A stretch of DNA of 52,952 nt from Candidatus Fervidifonticultor secundus (lineage in GTDB: Bacteria > Sysuimicrobiota > Sysuimicrobiia > Sysuimicrobiales > Humicultoraceae), in contig JAVKIP010000020.1 of assembly GCA_031459385.1 (NCBI GenBank), forward strand, positions 1 to 52,952, in the 5' to 3' direction. This document shows, piece by piece, positions 38,194-47,612 of the stretch. A model generated the notes under the pieces. It made no database searches. It had not been told where the DNA came from and saw nothing but the letters and a program-made list of their open reading frames with translations. Numbering within the stretch: the first letter of the stretch is position 1; each line of letters opens with the position of its first letter. The translations under genes were made by a program, and so were the position numbers.

Positions 38194-39096
38194 ATGCCCC
38201 TGTCCGACCCCGCGGGCGGTCGCCCCGGGTCCGCGCTCGCGGGGTACGCCGCCGTGGCGGCGGCAGCGGCTACGTGGGGTACCCTCGGGCTGGCCTCCCG
38301 CAGCCTGTTTGCAGCGGGCATGACGCCCCTGGACGCGGCCACATGGCGCGCGGTGGGCGGCTGCGTCCTGCTGCTCCTCTACGGCCTGGCCACCGATCGC
38401 CGGGCGTTGCGGGTGCCCACGGGCGACCTGCCCCTGTTCGCCGCGTACGGGCTCGTAGGGGTGGCCGGTTTCATGACCGTCTACTATACCGCCATCGCGT
38501 TGACCACGGTGGCCACCGCTGCGGTGCTGCTGTACACCGCGCCGGCCTGGGTGGTGCTCCTGGCACGGCTGCTGTTCGGAGAACCGCTCTCGCGCCCCAA
38601 GGCCGCAGCGGTCGCGGCCGTGGTGGCGGGGTGTGCGCTGGTGGCGGGGGGAGGCGGCCCACTGCGCCCCAGCGGTCTCGGGGTGCTGGCCGGGCTCGGC
38701 GCCGGCCTGACCTACAGCCTCTACAGCATCTTCGGCAAAGCAGCACTGCGCCGCTACGCGCCCCTGACGACGGTCATCTATGCGCTGGGCGTCGGCGGAA
38801 TCGTCCTCCTGCTGGCAGCAGGCGGCCTGCCGCCCGTGCCCGCGGCGGCTGTGGCGCCGCTGGCGTACACCGTGGCCGGGCCGACGGCGCTGGCCTACCT
38901 GCTCTACACGTCGGGCTTGCGGCGGGTCGAGGCCGGCCGTGCCAGCGTCGTGGCCACCATCGAGCCCGTGGTGGCCGCGGCAGGCAGCGCAGTGCTGCTC
39001 CGTGAGCCCCTCGGGCCCGCGCAGTGGCTGGGCGCGGCACTGGTGCTCGCCGGCGTGCTCGTGGTGCAGGGCGGCAGGGCGACCTCCGAGACCTGA
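38194..39096 (+). CDS. EamA/DMT-family transporter
   Basis: TWGT, AAVLLYTAP, LFGE, ATIEPV, QWLG; about 10 TM segments. Confidence 0.92.
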   Translation: MPLSDPAGGRPGSALAGYAAVAAAAATWGTLGLASRSLFAAGMTPLDAATWRAVGGCVLLLLYGLATDRRALRVPTGDLPLFAAYGLVGVAGFMTVYYTAIALTTVATAAVLLYTAPAWVVLLARLLFGEPLSRPKAAAVAAVVAGCALVAGGGGPLRPSGLGVLAGLGAGLTYSLYSIFGKAALRRYAPLTTVIYALGVGGIVLLLAAGGLPPVPAAAVAPLAYTVAGPTALAYLLYTSGLRRVEAGRASVVATIEPVVAAAGSAVLLREPLGPAQWLGAALVLAGVLVVQGGRATSET

Positions 39097-39171
39097 CCCT
39101 CTCAGCGTGCCCCCGTGCGGCGCTGCAGGGAATGCGTGCCGGAGGGTCGAACACGACAGTGCCCGAGGAGG

Positions 39172-39193
39172 TTGCAATCTGCAAAGTCTGCAT
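39172..39193. promoter_or_regulatory. Putative operator upstream of the Liv-type ABC operon
   Basis: TTGCA-ATC-TGCAA palindrome plus a third TCTGCA repeat in an AT-enriched patch. Confidence 0.5.
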
Positions 39194-39232
39194 ACGCCCT
39201 GGATGCTCATGACGCCTACAGGGGGGATCGCC

Positions 39233-40438
39233 GTGAAGCGTCGTGGTGTCGTGGCCCTCGCCGTCCTGACCTTGCTGGCGGCCACGGGTCCGGGCGGTGC
39301 CCGCGTCGCCGCCGGCCCGGCTGAGCCGATTCTCGTGGGAATCCCGATTCCGCTCACGGGACCGCAGGCCACTTTCGGCCACATCCTGCGCAACGCGTAC
39401 ACCATGGCGGAAGAGGATATCAACCGCGACGGCGGCGTGAAGGGACGCCCGCTCAAGATCCTCATCGAGGACCATCAGGGCCAGCCGCAGCTCGCCATCT
39501 CGTCCACCGAGAAACTCATCACCCGGGACCGGGTTCTGGCCATCGTCGGGGGGTACGCCAGCGCCACGGCCTTCGCCATGGCCCCGGTCGCCGAGCGCAA
39601 TCAGGTCCCCTACCTCATCGACGTCGCCTCGGCGGACCAGATCACGCGACAGAACCTGCGGTGGATCTTCCGGGTGGGCACCGCCAGCAGCCAGTTCCTC
39701 TCGGGCATCCAGGACTTCATGGACAAAGTGGCCAAACCCAAGACACTGGCCATCGCCTTTGAGAACACGCTCTTCGGCACGGACACGGCCAACGCGATCA
39801 AGCGGTGGGCGGACAGCCGTGCGGTGCGCATCGTGAACTTCGAAACGTACGAGCAGGCCGGGGTGGATTTCAAGCCGTTGCTCACCAAGATCAAGGCGAA
39901 CCAGCCTGACGTGCTCTTCCTGGTCTCCTACCTGATGGACGCGGCGCTGATGATCCTCCAGGCCCGCGAGCTCAACCTGACGCCGAAGATGATCGTGGGC
40001 GCCGGCGCGGGCGTCGAGTTGCCGGAGTTCCGGAGCAAGGTCGGCATCGCGGGCGAGTACGTCTTCTCGGCCACGCTGTGGTCGCACGACCTGAAGGTGC
40101 CTGAGGTACAAGCCTTCGTGAAGCGGTACCGCGAGCGGTACAACGCCGACCCCACGTACCACGCGGCCGAGGGGTACGCGGCGATGATGGTGCTGGCAGA
40201 CGCTCTCCGCAGGGCCTCCTCGCTCGAGAAGGAAGAGATCTGGCAGGCGTTGCGCGCGACGAACCTGATGACGCCGTTCGGGCGTGTCACTTTCGCGGAC
40301 TTCGACGGGTATCGCAACCAGAACCGCACCCTCACCCTCGTCGCCCAGTGGCAGAAGGCCAAGCTCGTGACGGTGTGGCCGCCGCAGCTCGCGGGACACC
40401 GGCCGATCTTCCCCATGCCGACGTGGGCGGAGCGCTGA
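39233..40438 (+). CDS. Branched-chain amino acid-type (LivJ/K-like) ABC substrate-binding protein
   Basis: Signal peptide; PLTG, INRDGGVKGRPL, IVGGYAS, DFKPLLTKIK. Confidence 0.93.
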   Translation: MKRRGVVALAVLTLLAATGPGGARVAAGPAEPILVGIPIPLTGPQATFGHILRNAYTMAEEDINRDGGVKGRPLKILIEDHQGQPQLAISSTEKLITRDRVLAIVGGYASATAFAMAPVAERNQVPYLIDVASADQITRQNLRWIFRVGTASSQFLSGIQDFMDKVAKPKTLAIAFENTLFGTDTANAIKRWADSRAVRIVNFETYEQAGVDFKPLLTKIKANQPDVLFLVSYLMDAALMILQARELNLTPKMIVGAGAGVELPEFRSKVGIAGEYVFSATLWSHDLKVPEVQAFVKRYRERYNADPTYHAAEGYAAMMVLADALRRASSLEKEEIWQALRATNLMTPFGRVTFADFDGYRNQNRTLTLVAQWQKAKLVTVWPPQLAGHRPIFPMPTWAER

Positions 40439-41295
40439 TCTTTCTGCAGTCCCTGGTCAACGGGATCCTGCTTGGGGGCATCTATGCGCTCGTGGGGGTG
40501 GGGCTCACCCTGATCTACGGCGTCCTGCGGGTGGTGAACATCGCTCACGGACAGTTCCTCATGGTGGGGATGTACATCACCTTCTGGCTGGCGACGCTGT
40601 TTCGCGTCGATCCCTACCTCTCGCTGCTGATCTGCCTGCCCGCGACCTTTCTCCTGGGGGTGACCCTCTTCTACGTCCTGATCCGCCCCGTGGAAGCCGA
40701 CCCAGGCAACCAGGTGCTGGTGACGCTGGGCATCGGCTTCACCCTCTCCAACATCGCGCTGCTGGCGTTCACGGCGAACTACCGGAACGTGCAGACCGCG
40801 TACTCCACCATGGTGCTGCGCCTGGGAGACCTTTCTGTCAACGTCGCCTTCGCGGTGGCCTTCGGGATCGCGGTCGCCCTCAGCGCCGCTCTCTACCAGC
40901 TCTTCATGCGCACGGACCTGGGGCGGTCGATCCGGGCGACGGTGCAGGACCGCGAGGCCGCGATGCTCATGGGCGTCGACGTCCCGCGCATGGCACTGCT
41001 CACGTTCGGCCTCGGGACGGCCCTGGCGGGGGCCGCCGGCAGCCTGCTGGCGCCAGTCTACTACATCTTCCCGGAAGTGGGCGCGCCCTTCACGGCTAAG
41101 GCATTCGTGATCGTCGTGCTCGGGGGAATGGGCAGTGCGATCGGCGCCGCGTTGGGCGGCCTGACGCTCGGTGTCGTCGAGTCGTTGAGCGCCGTCTACA
41201 TCTCCACGGGTTACAAGGACGCCATCGGGCTCGTCGCGTTCCTGCTGGTCTTGCTACTCCGACCCTCCGGCCTGGTGGGCGCGACCCGCGTGTAG
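40423..41295 (+). CDS. LivH-like ABC permease (start uncertain)
   Basis: GGIYALVGVGLTLIYG..NIAHG, GRSIRA, KAFVIVVLGGMGS. Confidence 0.93.
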   Translation: MGGALIFLQSLVNGILLGGIYALVGVGLTLIYGVLRVVNIAHGQFLMVGMYITFWLATLFRVDPYLSLLICLPATFLLGVTLFYVLIRPVEADPGNQVLVTLGIGFTLSNIALLAFTANYRNVQTAYSTMVLRLGDLSVNVAFAVAFGIAVALSAALYQLFMRTDLGRSIRATVQDREAAMLMGVDVPRMALLTFGLGTALAGAAGSLLAPVYYIFPEVGAPFTAKAFVIVVLGGMGSAIGAALGGLTLGVVESLSAVYISTGYKDAIGLVAFLLVLLLRPSGLVGATRV

Positions 41296-41299
41296 CCCA

Positions 41300-42301
41300 A
41301 TGAGGGTCTGGCTGCGGCGGGTACGCCCGGACCTCACGGGCCCGCCGGCGCTGCTCCTGGCAGCGGGGCTGCTGGCGTTGCTGGCCTTCGGGCGCTACGG
41401 CGCCGACCCCTACGTGCTGCACGTCGCGGCCCAGGGCATGCTCTGGGGGCTCGGAGGCGCCGCCTGGAACGTCATCGGCGGCTACGGCGGACAGGTCTCC
41501 TTCGGGCATGCCGCGTTCTTCGGGCTGGGCGCGTACACGCTGGCGCTCATCGAGCAGGGGACCCCGACGGCCACGTTCACCTCCGTCCTGCTAGCCGGCG
41601 GCGCCGCGGCACTGGTCAGCCTACCGTTTGGCCTCATTACCTTCCGCCTCCGCGGCGCGTACTTCGTCGTGGGCACCTTCGCGGTTGCCGAGATCTTTCG
41701 TAGCGTGGCCCTGAACTGGCGGTCCCTCACGCACGGTGCTGTCGGCGTCGTGGTGCCGCCGCTCTTTCCCCACCGCGGCGCCTACCTGCAACTGCTCGTC
41801 TGGCTCACCGTCATCGCCCTGGGCGTGCTCTTCGCGCTCACGCGCTCGAAGTTCGGTCTCTACCTCCAGGCAGTGCGGGAGGATCAGGAGGCCGCAGAGG
41901 CCCTCGGCGTGCCGACGACACGCGTGAAGGCCGCGGCACTGGTCGTCAGCGCCTTCTTCACAGGCGTCGCCGGCGCGCTGTTCGCCACCTACATCGGCTA
42001 CATCGATCCCGACAGCGTCTTCCACCTCTCGGTCTCCTCCCTGGTCATTCTGGTGGCCGTTGTCGGGGGGAAGCTGGCCCTGGCGGGTCCCCTGGTGGGC
42101 GCCCTACTGGTGATCCCTGCCGCGGAGTTCCTCCGACAGCGTTTCGCCCCGGGCGTCCAGTTGCTCGCCTACGGGCTCCTCCTCGTCATCGTGCCGCTCC
42201 TGCTCCCCCGAGGCGTCCTCGGCACCGTCAGGGATCGGCTGGCGCGGGGCGGCGCGCCCCCCCGCGCCAAGCGCGCCGAGGTGGGGCATGCCACTGATTG
42301 A
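41300..42301 (+). CDS. LivM-like ABC permease
   Basis: GYGGQVSFGHAAFFGLGAY, RLRGAYF, AVREDQEAAEALG. Confidence 0.93.
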   Translation: MRVWLRRVRPDLTGPPALLLAAGLLALLAFGRYGADPYVLHVAAQGMLWGLGGAAWNVIGGYGGQVSFGHAAFFGLGAYTLALIEQGTPTATFTSVLLAGGAAALVSLPFGLITFRLRGAYFVVGTFAVAEIFRSVALNWRSLTHGAVGVVVPPLFPHRGAYLQLLVWLTVIALGVLFALTRSKFGLYLQAVREDQEAAEALGVPTTRVKAAALVVSAFFTGVAGALFATYIGYIDPDSVFHLSVSSLVILVAVVGGKLALAGPLVGALLVIPAAEFLRQRFAPGVQLLAYGLLLVIVPLLLPRGVLGTVRDRLARGGAPPRAKRAEVGHATD

Positions 42302-43022
42302 GGTGGCCGGCGTGACCAAGCGCTTCGGCGGGCTCGTCGCCCTCGACGGGATCTCGCTGGCGGTGCACGACGGGGAGATCCTGGGAATCATCGGCCCCAA
42401 CGGCGCGGGGAAGAGCACGCTCTTCGAGATCATCTCGGGCTTCCAGCGCCCGACGGCGGGACGGGTTGTCTTCGACGGCCGCGACATCACTGGATGTGCT
42501 CCCCACCGGGCGGCCGCGTGGGGCATCGGGCGGACGTTCCAGATCGTCCGCCCGTTCCCGAATCTCACCGTCCGCGACAACGTCCTGGTCGGCGCCTACC
42601 TGCGTCACGGGTGGGCGGCCGTGGAGGCGGCCGAGGACGTGGTCGAGGACGTGCTGGAGTTCACGGCGCTCGCGGCGTTTGCCGATCGGCCGGCGCGCGA
42701 GCTGACCCTTGCCCGGAAAAAGCGGCTGGAACTGGCGCGGGCGCTGGCGCTGCGCCCGCGTGTGCTGCTGCTGGACGAAGTGCTCGCTGGTCTGAACCCG
42801 GTCGAGGTCGCGGACGCCACGCGGCTGATACGCGCGATCCGCCAGCGCGGCATCACTCTCGTCATGGTCGAGCATGTGATGCAAGCCGTCATGGACCTCT
42901 GCGAGCGCATCGTGGTCCTCCACTACGGGCGCAAGCTGGCGGAGGGACCGCCCGACGCCATCCGGCAGGACCCGCAGGTGATCGACGCGTACCTGGGCCA
43001 GGCGGATGCTGACCATCACTGA
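42288..43022 (+). CDS. LivG-like ABC ATP-binding protein
   Basis: GPNGAGKST, GRTFQ, LLLDE, VEH, VIDAYLG. Confidence 0.94.
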   Translation: MPLIEVAGVTKRFGGLVALDGISLAVHDGEILGIIGPNGAGKSTLFEIISGFQRPTAGRVVFDGRDITGCAPHRAAAWGIGRTFQIVRPFPNLTVRDNVLVGAYLRHGWAAVEAAEDVVEDVLEFTALAAFADRPARELTLARKKRLELARALALRPRVLLLDEVLAGLNPVEVADATRLIRAIRQRGITLVMVEHVMQAVMDLCERIVVLHYGRKLAEGPPDAIRQDPQVIDAYLGQADADHH

Positions 43023-43716
43023 CGTCGACGTCTTCTATGGCGAGACGCAGGCGCTGTGGGGCGTGAGCCTGCGCGTGGAGGCCGGGGAGCTGGTCGCGCT
43101 GGTCGGCGCCAACGGCGCGGGCAAGACGACACTGCTGCGGGCGATCAGCGGGCTGGCGCGGGTGACGCGGGGAGCGATCGCGCTGCAGGGGACGCGGCTC
43201 ACGGGGCGCCCGCCGTATGCGATTGCCCGGCTGGGGGTGACGCACGTACCGGAGGGCCGCCGCCTCTTCCTCGCCATGACGGTGGAGGAAAACCTGCAGA
43301 TGGGCGCAGCACATCGTGTGCCGCCGGCCGAACGGGTAACACTGCTCCGCGAACTCTTCGACCTGTTCCCCGTGCTCCGTGAGCGCCGCCGACAGGTGGC
43401 GGGGACGCTGTCGGGGGGCGAGCAGCAGATGCTCGCTATCGGACGGGCGCTCATGGCACGGCCCCGGTTGCTCATGCTGGACGAGCCCTCCCTGGGCCTG
43501 GCCCCGCGCATCGTCGAGCAGATCATGCACACGGTGGCCGAGATCCGGCGGCGCGGGGTGACCGTGCTGCTGGTCGAGCAGAACGTCCACCATGCGCTGC
43601 GGCTGGCGGACCGGGCCTACGTGCTGGAGAACGGGCGCGTGGTCCTGGAGGGGACGGGGCACGAACTGCTGCAGAGCCCCCAGGTCCGGGCCTCCTACCT
43701 GGGCGCAGCACGGTAG
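43006..43716 (+). CDS. LivF-like ABC ATP-binding protein
   Basis: GANGAGKTT, VPEGRR, LSGGEQQM, LDEPSLGLAP, VEQN. Confidence 0.95.
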   Translation: MLTITDVDVFYGETQALWGVSLRVEAGELVALVGANGAGKTTLLRAISGLARVTRGAIALQGTRLTGRPPYAIARLGVTHVPEGRRLFLAMTVEENLQMGAAHRVPPAERVTLLRELFDLFPVLRERRRQVAGTLSGGEQQMLAIGRALMARPRLLMLDEPSLGLAPRIVEQIMHTVAEIRRRGVTVLLVEQNVHHALRLADRAYVLENGRVVLEGTGHELLQSPQVRASYLGAAR

Positions 43717-43727
43717 GGAGGGACGGC

Positions 43728-44912
43728 ATGGAACGCGACGCCGGAACCTGGCGTACCACCGTAGACGAGGCGCACTTGGTCGCGTTCCTCCTGGAGGCGC
43801 TGGCCTATCCGTCGCCGCAGACCGACCTGCTCGAAACGGACCCGCAGATCGCCGCCTTCATCCATGACGTGGTGGTGCCCCCTGTGCGGGCCCTGTCCCC
43901 CGACCTCCTCCACGTCGACCGGATGGGTAACGTACTCGCCCAGTGGGGCACAGGCCGGCCGGCGCTGGCGATCCTGGTCTACGCGATGACGCACCCGCAG
44001 ACGGTCATGGCGGACGCCTTCGCGCCCGCGGTCGTCGACGGAGCGCCCTACGGGGTCACCGGAGCCGTGGTCCGGGGGCGCGGGGCTTGCGAGCAGAAAG
44101 GCGCCATGGCCGCGGCCCTGGCGGCGGCCCGGGTGGTGCTCCCGTCCCCCCTGCAGCGGCCGTTCGCGCTCGCGGCGCTCACCGCGGGAGAGACCGGCCG
44201 GCCCGACGCGGTCCGCCATCTCCTCAACGAGACCGGCACCACCTTCGAGATGGCGGTGGTCGCGTGTGGCACGGGCAATGCCGTGTGCCTGGGGCAGAAG
44301 GGGCGCCTCGACGTCGACATCGTCGTGCGAGGGCGGCAGAGCCACAGCAGCATGCCCTGGCTGGGCCTCAACGCCCTGGAGGGGGCGGCGACGGTGCTGA
44401 CGCGGCTGGCGCGCCACACGGTGGTGGGCGACCATCCCACCCTCGGGCCCATCACGCTCACCCCCACGGCGATCGCCTCGGCGCCGCGCGCCACCCACAC
44501 GGTCCCCGAAACGGTCCGCATCACGGTGGACCGGAGGCTGCGTCCGGGCGAAGACCCGCAGGCGGCCCTGGCCCACCTCCGCGAGGTCGTGGGCGAGATC
44601 TCCCCCTTCGCGATCACCTACGAGCCGGGCCCGTACATGTACGCCTATGAGCGCTTGGCCGACGATCGCCTTCCCCGCCTGCTGCGGGAGGCTTACGTGC
44701 GCGTCCTCGGACGCGACCCCGGCTACGTGTACGCCAGCGGCGGGCTGGATGCGGGCTACCTCAACGCCTCGGGGATCGAGGCCGTGATGTTCGGCCCGGG
44801 CGACTGGGCGCGCGCCCACAGCGCCGACGACGTCGTCGGCGTCTCCGAGTGCGTGGACGCCGCGGCCGTGCTGGCCTACGCCATCGCGCGGGCCTGCGGG
44901 GCGCCGGTATGA
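43728..44912 (+). CDS. M20/ArgE/DapE-family metallo-hydrolase with atypical metal ligands
   Basis: DRMGNV, RGRGACEQKG, GQKG, GRQSHSSMPWLGLNA, VP...DRR, FGPG...AHSADD. Confidence 0.82.
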   Translation: MERDAGTWRTTVDEAHLVAFLLEALAYPSPQTDLLETDPQIAAFIHDVVVPPVRALSPDLLHVDRMGNVLAQWGTGRPALAILVYAMTHPQTVMADAFAPAVVDGAPYGVTGAVVRGRGACEQKGAMAAALAAARVVLPSPLQRPFALAALTAGETGRPDAVRHLLNETGTTFEMAVVACGTGNAVCLGQKGRLDVDIVVRGRQSHSSMPWLGLNALEGAATVLTRLARHTVVGDHPTLGPITLTPTAIASAPRATHTVPETVRITVDRRLRPGEDPQAALAHLREVVGEISPFAITYEPGPYMYAYERLADDRLPRLLREAYVRVLGRDPGYVYASGGLDAGYLNASGIEAVMFGPGDWARAHSADDVVGVSECVDAAAVLAYAIARACGAPV

Positions 44913-46471
44913 GCGAGCAGGGCCGGGTGCGGCCCGGCGTGCGGGTCGTCGGCGGCCTCGTCGCGACGTTCACCCCGGATCTCGGGACGATCACAGACGG
45001 AGAGGTCGAGATCCGTGGCGACTCGATAACCTACGTGGGGCCACGGCGCTCGTCGCTGCCCGACGAGCCAGGGGTGGACGTGCTCGACGCCAGCGGTACC
45101 CTCGTCATCCCGGGCCTGGTGAACGGCCACGTCCACTCCTACGGGGTGTTCGCGAAGGCGACCGTGGACACCATCCCGCTGGACCTCTTCATCCCGCGGG
45201 TGATGGCGCTGGGAGAGATCCTCGAGGACGAAGATCTCTATCTCGCTGCCGCACTCACGGCGCTAGAGACGCTGCGGACCGGGACTACGTGCGTGCTCGA
45301 CCACCTGCGCTACCCCTACCGGCGCCCTTTGGCATCGTTCGAGGCTGCGGTGCGCGGCTACCTCGATGCCGGCATCCGGGCGACGGTAGCGCCCATGTTC
45401 GGGGATCGGCCGTTTGCGGACACGCTGCCGCAGGTGCCGCACATCGCCGCCACGGGCCTGCCGCCGGGTGAACCCGCAGACGCCGACGTCTACCTGCAGG
45501 CGTGCGCGGAAGCGGTATCCCGGTGGCACGGGGCCGCAGGGCGCATCCAGTTCTTCCTGGGCACCGACGGCCCCCAGCGCTGCACGCCGCACCTGCTGGC
45601 GGAGTCGCACGAGTTTCTCGACGCGTACCCGGTGGGGATGCACAGCCACGTCCTGGAGGCGGCCACCCAGCGCGTGCGCGGTTTCCAGCTGTACGGGAAG
45701 AGCATGGTGGCCGTCCTCGACGAGGTGGGGCTCCTGACGCCGCGCCTTTCCCTCGTCCACTTCGTCTGGTCCGACGACGACGACCAGCGGCGCGTCGCCG
45801 CGGCTGGGGCGTCGGTCGTGCACTGCCCGGCAGCCAACCTGCAGGTCGGAAGCGGCCTGGCGCCCATCCCGGAGCTGCTGGCTCGAGGGGTGCCCGTGGC
45901 GCTCGGCACCGACGGCGCCAACGTGCTCGACCTGAGCCTCTTCACGCAGGTCCGTCTTGCGGCGCTCATCCATCGCGTCGCCCACCCCTGGTACCACCGG
46001 TGGATCAGAGCGCAGGACGCCGTCCGCATGGCGACGGCCGGGGGGGCAGCGGTCCACGGGCTGACCGGGCAGATTGGGGTGCTGCGGCCAGGTGCGCGCG
46101 CCGATCTCGTGTTGCTGGACGCGCGCGGACATGCACTTGCCGGCGCCGACGACGTCGCCCTCGCCCTGGCCACACGCGAGACTGGGAGTTCGGTGCGCAC
46201 GGTGCTGGTGGCAGGCGATGTCGTGGTGCGCAACGGCCGGTCGACGCGGCTGGACGAAGAGGCACTGATCGCACGCCTCCTCCGCCGCCGCGAGGCCCTC
46301 CGGCCGCTGATCGCGCGGCGGCAAGAGGAGATCCTGGGTGCCTACGGCTCCTACGTCGAGGCGATCTACCGCGCGGTCATGCGCGACCTCGGCGGCGATG
46401 GCCGTTTCGCCCGTCCGACGACGGCGTGGGCGTGCTGGGACGACGACGGCACCCGAGAGGGGAGGACGTGA
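44909..46471 (+). CDS. Amidohydrolase-superfamily deaminase/chlorohydrolase (AtzA/TrzA/MtaD-like)
   Basis: PGLVNGHVH, HSHVLE, VH, HCPAAN, LGTDG, G..ADLV. Confidence 0.9.
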   Translation: MSEQGRVRPGVRVVGGLVATFTPDLGTITDGEVEIRGDSITYVGPRRSSLPDEPGVDVLDASGTLVIPGLVNGHVHSYGVFAKATVDTIPLDLFIPRVMALGEILEDEDLYLAAALTALETLRTGTTCVLDHLRYPYRRPLASFEAAVRGYLDAGIRATVAPMFGDRPFADTLPQVPHIAATGLPPGEPADADVYLQACAEAVSRWHGAAGRIQFFLGTDGPQRCTPHLLAESHEFLDAYPVGMHSHVLEAATQRVRGFQLYGKSMVAVLDEVGLLTPRLSLVHFVWSDDDDQRRVAAAGASVVHCPAANLQVGSGLAPIPELLARGVPVALGTDGANVLDLSLFTQVRLAALIHRVAHPWYHRWIRAQDAVRMATAGGAAVHGLTGQIGVLRPGARADLVLLDARGHALAGADDVALALATRETGSSVRTVLVAGDVVVRNGRSTRLDEEALIARLLRRREALRPLIARRQEEILGAYGSYVEAIYRAVMRDLGGDGRFARPTTAWACWDDDGTREGRT

Positions 46472-47490
46472 TGGGGGAACCGGGCGCGTCGGTCGCGCTG
46501 GGCCTCAGCCTGCCGAACCGGGGAGTCCTGTTCGGCGCGATCACGGTCGAACAGATACTGACCCTCAGCGAGCTCGCCGACCGGTCTGAGGTGTTCGACT
46601 CGGTCTGGGTCGGGGACAGCCTGCTGGCCAAACCTAGGCTGGAAGCGGTCACCACGCTGGCAGCCATCGCCGCACGGACACGTCGCGTGCGGCTGGGCAC
46701 CTGCTGTATGGCGAGCTTCGTCTACCGTCATCCCATTGTCTTCGCGATCCAGTGGGCCTCCCTCGACGTCCTCAGCGGCGGGCGGACGATCTTCGCCGCG
46801 TGCATGGGCGCCAGCGGCGGCCAGGGGATGGGCGCGGCGGCACGGGAGGTCCGGGCGCTCCAGTTTCGGCCGAAAGAGCGCGTGGGGCGTTTCGAGGAAG
46901 GGCTCACCGTGGTCAGACGACTGTGGAACGAGGAGCGAGTGACCCACCGGGGAACCTACTACGCTTTCGAGGACGTGCGCCTGGAGCCCCGGCCGGTCCA
47001 GCGGCCGCTGCCGGTGTGGATCGCCAACGATCCGGACCTGCGCCGTCCCGCGGTGGCGGAGCGCCAGTGCCGACGGGTGGCAGCGCTCGCCGACGGGTGG
47101 ATGACCGATGGGGGGCCGACGCCGGAGGTCTTCGCGGCACGCTGGGCACTCGTGGCGCGATGCCTCGGGGAGGCCGGGCGCAGCCCGGAGGGCTTCCCGG
47201 CCGCGTACCACATGATGCTCAACATCGACGATGACCCGCGACGGGCGTGGGACGATGGGGTGGCGTTCCTGACGAAGTACTACGGGGCGATGCCGGAGGC
47301 GTTCCTCCGGATCTGGCTGGCGGCGGGGCCGCCCGAGGAGGTGGCCCGACGCATCCAGGCCTACATCGATGCCGGCTGCACGGTGCCCATTCTCCGCTTC
47401 GCCGCTCACGACGCGCCCGAACAGGTGCGCCGCTTCATTGAGGAGGTCCATCCGCGCCTGCGCCTGCACCCATCCCACCCCACGGGCTGA
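46471..47490 (+). CDS. LLM-class flavin-dependent oxidoreductase
   Basis: FDSVWVGDS, LAAIAARTRRVRLGT, RHP, ASLDVLSGGR, PRPVQRP, ADGW. Confidence 0.92.
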   Translation: MGEPGASVALGLSLPNRGVLFGAITVEQILTLSELADRSEVFDSVWVGDSLLAKPRLEAVTTLAAIAARTRRVRLGTCCMASFVYRHPIVFAIQWASLDVLSGGRTIFAACMGASGGQGMGAAAREVRALQFRPKERVGRFEEGLTVVRRLWNEERVTHRGTYYAFEDVRLEPRPVQRPLPVWIANDPDLRRPAVAERQCRRVAALADGWMTDGGPTPEVFAARWALVARCLGEAGRSPEGFPAAYHMMLNIDDDPRRAWDDGVAFLTKYYGAMPEAFLRIWLAAGPPEEVARRIQAYIDAGCTVPILRFAAHDAPEQVRRFIEEVHPRLRLHPSHPTG

Positions 47491-47520
47491 CAGCGGCGAG
47501 CAGGGCGGCCGGCGTACCTG

Positions 47521-47555
47521 CGGTCGGTCCACCCTTCGCAACGATCGACCGACCG
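47521..47555. terminator. Possible hairpin between the convergent LLM and MFS genes
   Basis: CGGTCGGTC / GACCGACCG 9-bp inverted repeat, 17-nt loop, no U-tract. Confidence 0.35.
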
Positions 47556-47612
47556 GGGAGTACGCTGGCGTACACCCTCGTCCTCACCCGCGGCAGCCAG
47601 GGCGGGCCGGGG

